A DNA stretch of 37,805 nt from an uncultured Candidatus Saccharibacteria bacterium (GTDB lineage Bacteria > Patescibacteriota > Minisyncoccia > Phycocordibacterales > UBA9973), in NCBI GenBank assembly GCA_964360745.1, contig CAYHYF010000001.1, forward strand, positions 1 through 37,805, read 5' to 3'. Positions 15,785 to 23,198 of the stretch are shown in pieces. Under the pieces are notes generated by a model, which saw only the letters and a list, made by a program, of their open reading frames with translations, was not told the origin of the DNA and did no database searches. Made by a program: the position numbers and the translations under genes. Position 1 is the stretch's first letter, and every line of letters starts with the position of its first letter.

Positions 15785-17530
15785 CTACTCAATCTCTTTC
15801 CAGCTCTCAATACTCCAAGAACCAGAAGGTCCAGAGCTGAAGCTCGCATTTGCAAGCCCTGATTCATAAGTAATCGTAGCACTATTTTTTAGATTTATAG
15901 TCTTAGCTGTCACTTGTTTTGCACCAGCCGTATTTTCCATCGATACTCCACCATAAGGAGCGATAATAATGACCGAACCTGCTGAATTTTTAAGCGCTAC
16001 AGACTCACTAAGTGTATTTGTAGAAATGACCATAATATAACTACCAGATGTTCCAGATCCCTGAAAGACAGCACTATTGTTTGTAGAAACTGTCCCATCG
16101 ACAATGATAACCCCTCCATCAACACTGTACGAAGGAGCCAATTTAAAAATACTTGAATTATCGATACTTACATTACCTGTTATCCACAAGACTCCCGTGA
16201 CAGTCAAAACAGAACTATTCGCAAGACTTATATTTCCATTAATTTTTGTAGGTCCTATTGATTGAGTTTGAGATCCAGTAAGAGATATTCCGCCTGATGT
16301 ACCACCAGCAAGTGCCGTATCTTTCCAATCTGTAATATTTTGATCAGATACCGGAAAATTTTGTGACACCGGATCAGCTTGAGATGTATCGCATGATTTA
16401 TTATTGCCACTACCGGTTTGGCAGTATATTGTACCTGTCACATTAGCACTTGTGACTGTATGAGCAGATGCATCTCCTGTGCCACCCGTACCCACATCAA
16501 TACCATTTATAGAACCAAAAGACCCATAGGTAGAAACAGAAAAAAATAAATCGGTACTTGATCCTAATTGACTCCATGTACTAGTGCTGACTCTCCCAAT
16601 TTTTGCAGTACCGCTAGTGTATGTTGTATTACCTCCTATTACATAATAATTTGAAGATGAATTTGACGCATCGATTGTGAGCCAATAAGTGGTTCCGGCT
16701 GTAAGCTGTGGATTTGAAGTAAAAGTAATATTTACCCAACCATAATTTGTAGAGACAAGGCTACTTGAAAGTGTGCCTGTCGCTTTAATAGTAGACGATG
16801 GTTTACTACTACTATTGGTCCTAATTGTCACAGTAGCATTTGAGGGAGATCCAACTTTTTTAATATAAACCTGAGCACTGTCTAAATAATAGGTATTGGC
16901 AAGTTGAAAACTTTGTGCCACATCTTCCGTGGATGTCGCATTACCAAAATTGTTATTACTTGCTGGTGTACCAGATCCATTTGACTGATCTACCGCTGTC
17001 GATTGACCATTGGCCGATACGGCTCCACCGGTCACATAATTTTGACTGCTACCGTTTATCGGACCATTTGAATAGATATTGCCGATTATTCCAGCTGTAT
17101 TTTCCATACCCACCCCACCAGTACCTGCCTGCATTCCATAGAAAAATGAAACACCTTCGCTAGTATTTAAAACCATACTGACTTTTCTCTCTCTATTGTC
17201 TGCATCACCTGATGATGAAATTTGTTTTTGATTACTACCCAAATCAGCAATTTCAGTAATCACAGAATAATTTCCTAGCGTTATAGTCTCACTACTGTCT
17301 ATATCCATATTATTTTTTATCCTATACGCGGCATCTTCTACCCCAGATTCTGCCAAGAAATACGACTGTTTGGATTTGACATTATTCTCAGCTACAGCAA
17401 ATTCTTTTAAAATCGGTGCGACTATACCTATGATGATAGTGAGACTTATGAAAAACACAAAAATCACGAGCGTCATCATCGCAGCACCACCTTGCCTTTT
17501 ATTATTTTTTATTTTAAAATCTTTTTTCAT
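15785..17530 (-). CDS. Large PilX-like pilus-associated protein (N-terminal TM anchor, Ser/Thr/Gly/Asn-rich beta-rich body); candidate tip/adhesin component
   Basis: KRQGGAAMMTLVIFVFFISL followed by AENNVKSKQSYFLAESGVEDAAYRI is PilX_N-like. It occupies the last position of a FimT-PilV-PilW-PilX-type gene order. G(V)xMENTAG occurs twice, bracketing about 370 aa. Confidence 0.55.
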   Translation of the reverse strand: MKKDFKIKNNKRQGGAAMMTLVIFVFFISLTIIIGIVAPILKEFAVAENNVKSKQSYFLAESGVEDAAYRIKNNMDIDSSETITLGNYSVITEIADLGSNQKQISSSGDADNRERKVSMVLNTSEGVSFFYGMQAGTGGVGMENTAGIIGNIYSNGPINGSSQNYVTGGAVSANGQSTAVDQSNGSGTPASNNNFGNATSTEDVAQSFQLANTYYLDSAQVYIKKVGSPSNATVTIRTNSSSKPSSTIKATGTLSSSLVSTNYGWVNITFTSNPQLTAGTTYWLTIDASNSSSNYYVIGGNTTYTSGTAKIGRVSTSTWSQLGSSTDLFFSVSTYGSFGSINGIDVGTGGTGDASAHTVTSANVTGTIYCQTGSGNNKSCDTSQADPVSQNFPVSDQNITDWKDTALAGGTSGGISLTGSQTQSIGPTKINGNISLANSSVLTVTGVLWITGNVSIDNSSIFKLAPSYSVDGGVIIVDGTVSTNNSAVFQGSGTSGSYIMVISTNTLSESVALKNSAGSVIIIAPYGGVSMENTAGAKQVTAKTINLKNSATITYESGLANASFSSGPSGSWSIESWKEIE

Positions 17531-17547
17531 TTTTACTTCAATTCAAA

Positions 17548-18057
17548 CTAATATACACCCCTTAATCCCACAGTATTATAAAAATTGGAAGTGTATCCCA
17601 AGCTATCCGTCACAGTCATTTCTATCTTTATTGCTTTACCTCCTGCCGTAGTAATCTTTCTAAAGATGAGTGTACTTACTACAGCCTGACTTCCAGATAC
17701 AGATCCATACAATGTCCCACCTTCATACATATTTACCACACCTGAATCAATCTTAAACTTGATCACCCGTGTCCCACCAGTTGGTGGGACACTACTTATT
17801 TCAAGAATTCCGGAACCAGTATCAAATACACTATTTGCATCTATTATAGTATCAGCTAGTCGTATTTCTCTCGTCATTCTTTCCATTGCAGAATTTCCAG
17901 TCTCAAGCAAATTGCGTTTTGCAAAAGCTGTCTTTGATGCTGACACAGAATGTATAAAAGAATTTACAACCACGACAGATATCAATGCGAAAATTCCAAT
18001 ATATATTATTATTTCTATCAAAGAATAACCTCGGTTTTTAGAATTGAATTTAGCCAT
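17548..18057 (-). CDS. Prepilin-type minor pilin (PilW/GspJ-like)
   Basis: Class III signal NRG|YSLIEIIIYIGIFALISVVV with Glu at +5. The track start at 18063 is TTG; the ATG is at 18057. Confidence 0.7.
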   Translation of the reverse strand: MAKFNSKNRGYSLIEIIIYIGIFALISVVVVNSFIHSVSASKTAFAKRNLLETGNSAMERMTREIRLADTIIDANSVFDTGSGILEISSVPPTGGTRVIKFKIDSGVVNMYEGGTLYGSVSGSQAVVSTLIFRKITTAGGKAIKIEMTVTDSLGYTSNFYNTVGLRGVY

Positions 18058-18059
18058 AA

Positions 18060-18560
18060 TCAATTAAATAAATCTGTCACATAAAATGATAAATTTTTAT
18101 TTACCACACCCGAAGATGTAGACCATGATACATTTACGGCGACTTCTCTCACGCCAGTATCAGTCGTCCCCGAGATTGCGAGATCATCATTACCATCACG
18201 GTATGCAGAATTTAAAACTATTGTCCTTGTAAATATATTATCTATGCTATTTGTCGTCGTAGAAAGTGACCACAAATCAGTATTTGTATCATAATAAAGA
18301 TAGTAATTTGTACCTATGACCAAGCCACTTATGTCGCTCCAATCATTATCGCGAATAGTTTTTACGGCTTCAGCACCTTCTTCAAGTAAATATCCAGCTT
18401 GTGCTTGCTTGAGTGCGCGGTCAGAAAGCTGTAATGATTTTTGTGTGACGGATACAAGAGCAAGGGCTAAAATTGAAATGAGTGCTGTAGCAATCACGAC
18501 TTCGACTAAGACAAAGCCTTTTTTATTTAAATTATTTTTAAAAGATAATTTTATTTTCAT
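18060..18560 (-). CDS. Prepilin-type minor pilin (PilV/GspI-like)
   Basis: Class III signal KKG|FVLVEVVIATALISILALAL with Glu at +5. Confidence 0.7.
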   Translation of the reverse strand: MKIKLSFKNNLNKKGFVLVEVVIATALISILALALVSVTQKSLQLSDRALKQAQAGYLLEEGAEAVKTIRDNDWSDISGLVIGTNYYLYYDTNTDLWSLSTTTNSIDNIFTRTIVLNSAYRDGNDDLAISGTTDTGVREVAVNVSWSTSSGVVNKNLSFYVTDLFN

Positions 18561-18563
18561 AAA

Positions 18564-19049
18564 TTAATTTGAACTTATCAAACCAGTCCTTACAATCGTA
18601 ATGACTTTATTTTTTGTTGCGTCACTTGCAAGCTCTAGTGTGATTGTACCATAGTCATTTGTGTCACCAGAAAGTTTATCAAAAGTAATAGTCTCACTAC
18701 CAGAAATTAAATCTATATTATCTGCTGGCAAGATAACGCTAGCATCAAAAATGACTTCTTTATTACCTACTTCACCTTCAGTATATGTGCCACCTTTATA
18801 TAAGGTAGCCTTATCTTCTTCAAAAAACACATTGTAATAATCACTGTCCACTCCTGCCAAAGTTTTTGCACGAGCTTCATTTAATAAAGCTACGATATTA
18901 TTCCCAGTGTCTCTCAATGTTTGTGATTTTTTAAAGTCAGAAAGTATCGGCAACGCCACAACTAAGATAATCGCAAGAATACCAATCGAAATCAATACCT
19001 CTATCATTGTTAGACCTTTTATTGTTTTTATTTTTTTCATTTTTTTCAT
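18564..19049 (-). CDS. Prepilin-type minor pilin (FimT/GspH-like)
   Basis: Class III signal IKG|LTMIEVLISIGILAIILVV, then ...NNIVALLNEARAKTL as in GspH/FimT. Confidence 0.7.
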   Translation of the reverse strand: MKKMKKIKTIKGLTMIEVLISIGILAIILVVALPILSDFKKSQTLRDTGNNIVALLNEARAKTLAGVDSDYYNVFFEEDKATLYKGGTYTEGEVGNKEVIFDASVILPADNIDLISGSETITFDKLSGDTNDYGTITLELASDATKNKVITIVRTGLISSN

Positions 19050-19053
19050 TTTA

Positions 19054-20268
19054 TTAGCCTATATGTTCGAGTAATGAATACATCGGAGTGAGCATCGACA
19101 CAGCAAAAAATCCCACGGCTACTCCGATAAAGATCATAAGTACAGGCTCGACTATTGTAGATAAATCTTTTGTTTTAGTCTCTACCTCTTCTTCGTAAAA
19201 GATAGCCACATCGAGCAACATATCAGAAAGCTTACCTGTCTCTTCACCCACCTCTACCATCTCACTCATCATTATAGGATAGAGGTTTGTGTACTCTTTA
19301 AAAACCCCAGAGAGCGTTTCCCCTTTTTCTACAGATTTTATAGATTTTGCAATAACTATTTTATAATACTCATTGGTCAAAACATCTTCTGTAATAGAAA
19401 GAGCTTTCGACATTGGAACCCCAGCTTTAAGTAATGACGATATTGTCCTTGATGTTCTAGCTGTATTTATTTCTTTTATGATCGTGCCGATGATAGGAAG
19501 ATGTAATGCTATGAGACTTAAGTATTTTTGTGTCTTTTTATTTTTCAATAATACCATAAACAACCCTACGAGGATTATCAAGCTCCAAAAAAATGCCATT
19601 GTATGATTTTTTAAAGTATCTGAAATAAAAATCACAAATTTTGTAGACGGTGGAAGCTCGGCTCCGATTGATTTGAAAGTACTTGTAAGTGTAGGCACCA
19701 CATATATGAGCATCAATACCCCCACCATAAAAATCGCGCACATTATGATGATCGGATATGTCATAGCACTTTTTACTTTTTTTCTAAGAGCATAGCTTTT
19801 TTTCATATTTTCTCCAATTTCTGCAAGTGTGCTTGAAAGATTCCCAGATTCTTCTCCAGCACGAGTCATCGATACGGCAAGAGTGGAAAAAGTCGAAGGA
19901 GATTTCTCCATACCGGTAGACAACGTACCTCCTTTACTTATCGTATCTATAAGCATCTCAATGACAAATTTAAATTTTGTATTTTTAGTTTGTTTTGAAA
20001 TTACAGAAAGTGCCCTATTGAGTGCCAATCCTGCCTGAAGCATCCCACTCAGATTTTTTGTAAAATTTATTTTTTCTCGAAGTGGGACTGTACTAAAATT
20101 TAATTTTTTAATAAAATCTAAAACACTACCTTTACTTGCGTCGACGATAGCTATAGGCACCTCGCCCATATCACGAAGCATCTTTGCTGCAGCAAATTTA
20201 TCTGATGCCTCGACGACACCTTTTGTGATCTCACCACTTTTTGATTTTACTTTATAATTAAATTTCAT
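19054..20268 (-). CDS. pilC: Type IV pilus / T2SS platform protein (GspF/PilC family)
   Basis: 404 aa with two GspF-type repeats and three TM segments. C-terminal ...EPVLMIFIGVAVGFFAVSMLTPMY is typical. Confidence 0.9.
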   Translation of the reverse strand: MKFNYKVKSKSGEITKGVVEASDKFAAAKMLRDMGEVPIAIVDASKGSVLDFIKKLNFSTVPLREKINFTKNLSGMLQAGLALNRALSVISKQTKNTKFKFVIEMLIDTISKGGTLSTGMEKSPSTFSTLAVSMTRAGEESGNLSSTLAEIGENMKKSYALRKKVKSAMTYPIIIMCAIFMVGVLMLIYVVPTLTSTFKSIGAELPPSTKFVIFISDTLKNHTMAFFWSLIILVGLFMVLLKNKKTQKYLSLIALHLPIIGTIIKEINTARTSRTISSLLKAGVPMSKALSITEDVLTNEYYKIVIAKSIKSVEKGETLSGVFKEYTNLYPIMMSEMVEVGEETGKLSDMLLDVAIFYEEEVETKTKDLSTIVEPVLMIFIGVAVGFFAVSMLTPMYSLLEHIG

Positions 20269-20279
20269 CTCTTTATTTC

Positions 20280-20312
20280 GTGCTATGTGCTATGTGCTAT
20301 GTGCTATGTGCT
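20280..20312. repeat. Heptanucleotide tandem repeat (GTGCTAT) x4.7 filling the pilB-pilC intergenic spacer
   Basis: gtgctatgtgctatgtgctatgtgctatgtgct read directly. Confidence 0.9.
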
Positions 20313-20313
20313 T

Positions 20314-22065
20314 CTACTCCGAAACCACGCGCAATACTTCTTCTGTTGTCGTGATACCTTGTGCTGCTAAAAAAACTCCATCTTCAAGCATCGTCATCAT
20401 ATTTTCAGCACGAGCTTGTTTTTCAATATCATCCGAAGAAGATCCTTTTAAAATTAATTCTTTAATACTTGCAGTCACACGCATCACTTCGTGAATTCCG
20501 ATTCGTCCCTTATACCCATCAGGAGATTCGTCATTTTTTATAGCTTTGTAAAAAGGTATTACGCTCCAAGTAGCATCATCTTTTACTACTTTTTCTTCTT
20601 TTAAAAACTTAAGAACTTTATCCATATCCACAATTTTCTCCAATGCATTCATCTCATTGTCACTTAAAAAATATTGTTCTTTTTCTTCAGCAAGTTTTCT
20701 TACCAATCTTTGTGCAATCACTGTCTTCACTGTGGAAATAATTAGAAATGGCTCAACACCCATATCAATCATGCGAGGTATTGCACCTGATGCAGAATTG
20801 GTGTGTATTGTAGAAAGCACCAAATGTCCAGTAAGAGCTGCGTTGATGGCCAATGATGCAGTCTCGCCATCACGAATTTCCCCCACCATTATAATGTCGG
20901 GATCTTGACGAAGAAGTGTACGTAAACCATTTGCAAAAGTAAGACCAATCTCAGATTTTGTTTGAGTCTGATTTATTCTATTCATTTGATATTCAATAGG
21001 GTCTTCGATCGTAGAAATATTTACTTCTGGTGTATTTAAAATATCGAGCATTGTATATAAAGTGGTCGTCTTACCAGAACCCGTAGGACCTGAAGCTAGC
21101 ACCATACCCGAACGTTGCTTCATCCCTTCGTGAATTCTTTCTAGTGCTTCTCCATGAAAACCCAATCCTTCTAAATTGAAACCATGAGAATTTTCTCGCA
21201 AAATACGAATTACGATTTTTTCTCCATAATATGTAGGTAAAGTTGAAACACGAAAAGACACATTACCCTCACTCCCTGAAATTTTAAATCTACCGTCTTG
21301 AGGGAGACGCTTTTCATCAAGTTTTAAATTTGAAAGCACTTTGATACGAGCAGAAATTCCAGACGCTGTATCTTTGGGCAGTGTCATTGCATCGTGTAAA
21401 ATACCATCTATTCTATACCTCACAATTACCGAACCCTCTGATGGCTCAATGTGAATATCGGACCCGCCTTGCAAAATTGCATGGGAGATGAGTGTGTCCA
21501 CAATTTTTACAATTGGCAAATCTTCCGCAAGTGCCTTGAGCTCTTTTTCTGTTTTTTCTTCACCATTATCATCATTTATGGCTTTGATTGATTTTGATTC
21601 TTTTTTTATAATATCTTCAAAATCCGCCTCAAGACTTTTTTTGTATTGAGCCAAAGCATCTTTTATAGAATCAGAGCTTGTGAGTCGTGGTAAAATTTTC
21701 CCTCCGACTTTTTTCTTTACAAATTCAATAACTGGCAAATCATCTACATCTAACATCGCCACCTCAAGACCATTGTCTGTCTTTTTGTATGCAATGATAT
21801 TGTTGTTTCTAGCGATTGGCTCTGGTATGAGTGACAATACTTTTGGATCTATTTTCTCCCCCTTGAGACTAATGAACGGAATACCAAAAACCACCGCTTG
21901 CATACTCCGCAAATCTTTTTCTGTAAGCTTGCCATCAGAAAGCAAAACATCTCCGATTGATTGCTTACTTGAAATTGCTTTTCTTTCTGCCATTGCAAGA
22001 TCGGTCTTGTTTACCAATCCAGATTCTGCTATAAGCTCAACTAATTTTTTATCATTTATTTTCAT
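20314..22065 (-). CDS. pilB: Type IV pilus assembly ATPase (GspE/PilB family) with N-terminal T2SSE_N domain
   Basis: Walker A GPTGSGKTTT, Walker B DPDIIMVGEIRD, His box TGHLVLSTIHT. The track start at 22131 is TTG; the ATG at 22065 (MKINDKK...) is preferred. Confidence 0.9.
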   Translation of the reverse strand: MKINDKKLVELIAESGLVNKTDLAMAERKAISSKQSIGDVLLSDGKLTEKDLRSMQAVVFGIPFISLKGEKIDPKVLSLIPEPIARNNNIIAYKKTDNGLEVAMLDVDDLPVIEFVKKKVGGKILPRLTSSDSIKDALAQYKKSLEADFEDIIKKESKSIKAINDDNGEEKTEKELKALAEDLPIVKIVDTLISHAILQGGSDIHIEPSEGSVIVRYRIDGILHDAMTLPKDTASGISARIKVLSNLKLDEKRLPQDGRFKISGSEGNVSFRVSTLPTYYGEKIVIRILRENSHGFNLEGLGFHGEALERIHEGMKQRSGMVLASGPTGSGKTTTLYTMLDILNTPEVNISTIEDPIEYQMNRINQTQTKSEIGLTFANGLRTLLRQDPDIIMVGEIRDGETASLAINAALTGHLVLSTIHTNSASGAIPRMIDMGVEPFLIISTVKTVIAQRLVRKLAEEKEQYFLSDNEMNALEKIVDMDKVLKFLKEEKVVKDDATWSVIPFYKAIKNDESPDGYKGRIGIHEVMRVTASIKELILKGSSSDDIEKQARAENMMTMLEDGVFLAAQGITTTEEVLRVVSE

Positions 22066-22162
22066 AAATGAATGGCACCTCTGTCTCGGGAGATGCATAA
22101 GTAATTGCTCCAAATATAGACACTGCCACAATTATTAATATAATGATTAGAAATTTTTTCAT
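22052..22162 (-). CDS. Candidate 36-codon micro-ORF (signal-peptide/TM-like) overlapping the pilB start
   Basis: My own translation is MKKFLIIILIIVAVSIFGAITYASPETEVPFIYENK*. It overlaps the pilB ATG by 14 nt in another frame and lies 13 nt downstream of an extended -10 box. Confidence 0.35.
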   Translation of the reverse strand: MKKFLIIILIIVAVSIFGAITYASPETEVPFIYENK

Positions 22163-22175
22163 ATTTAATCTTTAA

Positions 22176-22184
22176 ATTATAACA
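22176..22184 (-). promoter_or_regulatory. Extended -10 promoter (TGTTATAAT on minus strand) for the pilus operon
   Basis: Plus-strand attataaca at 22176-22184. Confidence 0.45.
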
Positions 22185-22260
22185 TATTTCAAAATTAAAT
22201 ATTAATTTATTTGTGGATTATCTAGTATTTTTTGTCCTGTGGATAACTTTCTCTTAGATA

Positions 22261-22290
22261 TTGACTTTTAGCTTAAATATGATATATAAT
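22261..22290 (+). promoter_or_regulatory. Promoter TTGACT-18-TATAAT for ORF 22403..23116
   Basis: Hexamers read directly. The ~105-nt leader contains an 11-bp inverted repeat (GGGTGAATAGA / TCTATTCACCC, 22349-22388). Confidence 0.5.
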
Positions 22291-22402
22291 ATAAGAAAGT
22301 ATCTTCTTTGATATGTCAATATCGTTATATTTCATTTCGTTGTTTTTGGGGTGAATAGAGCGGGTAAAAATGCCAATTCTATTCACCCTTAAAACCACAG
22401 TT

Positions 22403-23116
22403 ATGAAAAAAACAATACTATTAATGATTTTTCTGGCAATAGTTGCTGGAAATGTTTTTGCAGAAGAAGAGGTTCGTGTTGAAACAAAGACCGTTATTGT
22501 AAATAATGATGGTTCAGAAACGCTCTTAGTGCTTGATGCCTTAATGAGTTGTTCAGGTACAAATTGGATTCTAACTTCCGTTTTACTTGAAGCAGAAGAA
22601 GAGTCTATTGTAAAAATCACCGATTTAAGACATATCGTTCTTAGTTTTAATGATGAAATGTATGATTTTTGGGATAATCCTGAATTTTATTTTGAAACAT
22701 TTTGGATTTCCACATGGATGGAATTTTCAAAACACGGAAAAAAAATGAAAATTCATGCAAATTGTCAGAAAAACGGAGAATTGATAATGAAAGTTAGGTT
22801 AACCTTTAAAAAAAATCTGGAATCAACCTATCAAACAATCAATCTAGTAGATCAAAAAGTTTTCATCAACGAAGAACCTTTGGTTGGAGTTCAAAATATT
22901 TCAAACGAAATTTTACTTTGCCAAGATTACTCGGCAAGAAAAATCGTCCTAAAAAATATTCCAATCAACAAAGAAATCTATGTTCACAATTTAAGTGGGC
23001 AAATAGTATTGAAAAAAGAAATTCTGACCGACGAAGTCGTGCTGGATTTCTATAATCTACCAAAAGGTTTGTACATAATATCAGTACAAAACAAAAACTT
23101 TAAGGTAGTGTTGTAA
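22403..23116 (+). CDS. Secreted protein with C-terminal domain resembling a T9SS type-A (Por) sorting domain
   Basis: Signal peptide MKKTILLMIFLAIVAGNVFA. The C-terminus IYVHNLSGQIVLKKEILTDEVVLDFYNLPKGLYIISVQNKNFKVVL has the xIYNxxGQxV...LDxSxLxxGxYxxxx...K pattern. Confidence 0.45.
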   Translation: MKKTILLMIFLAIVAGNVFAEEEVRVETKTVIVNNDGSETLLVLDALMSCSGTNWILTSVLLEAEEESIVKITDLRHIVLSFNDEMYDFWDNPEFYFETFWISTWMEFSKHGKKMKIHANCQKNGELIMKVRLTFKKNLESTYQTINLVDQKVFINEEPLVGVQNISNEILLCQDYSARKIVLKNIPINKEIYVHNLSGQIVLKKEILTDEVVLDFYNLPKGLYIISVQNKNFKVVL

Positions 23117-23140
23117 TAACGATACTAAACTTTCTAAAGA

Positions 23141-23172
23141 AAAAGCCCGACATATTTTATATGCCGGGCTTA
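23141..23172. terminator. Bidirectional terminator between convergent genes (AGCCCG...CGGGCT)
   Basis: aaaagcccgacatattttatatgccgggctt read directly. Confidence 0.6.
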
Positions 23173-23198
23173 TTCATTTATACATAAATATATAAATT

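Noticed and set aside
20280-20312. Could the short tandem repeat be a CRISPR array?
   Set aside because: The units are 7 nt and contiguous, with no spacers, and no cas genes are present. It is a microsatellite-type repeat, not a CRISPR array.
22066-22131. N-terminal extensions given by the ORF track. These are pilB from 22131, 7681..8460, 13546..13791, 17548..18063, 27958..28347, 30415.., and 37352..37702.
   Set aside because: All of these begin with TTG or GTG. They add residues that lack homology or overlap promoter elements. An in-frame ATG that restores a canonical N-terminus or signal peptide follows shortly after in each case.
22212-22246. DnaA-box-like 9-mers (TGTGGATTA at 22212-22220, perfect TGTGGATAA at 22238-22246) in an AT-rich intergenic region. 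There is another perfect TTATCCACA at 30328-30336 and a one-mismatch copy at 28372-28380. Could this be oriC?
   Set aside because: Only two boxes are clustered. There is no dnaA or dnaN nearby and no obvious AT-rich unwinding-element repeats. By rough composition-based expectation, about half a perfect box would occur by chance in 38 kb. This is not enough to call an origin. A GC-skew plot of the whole genome would settle it.
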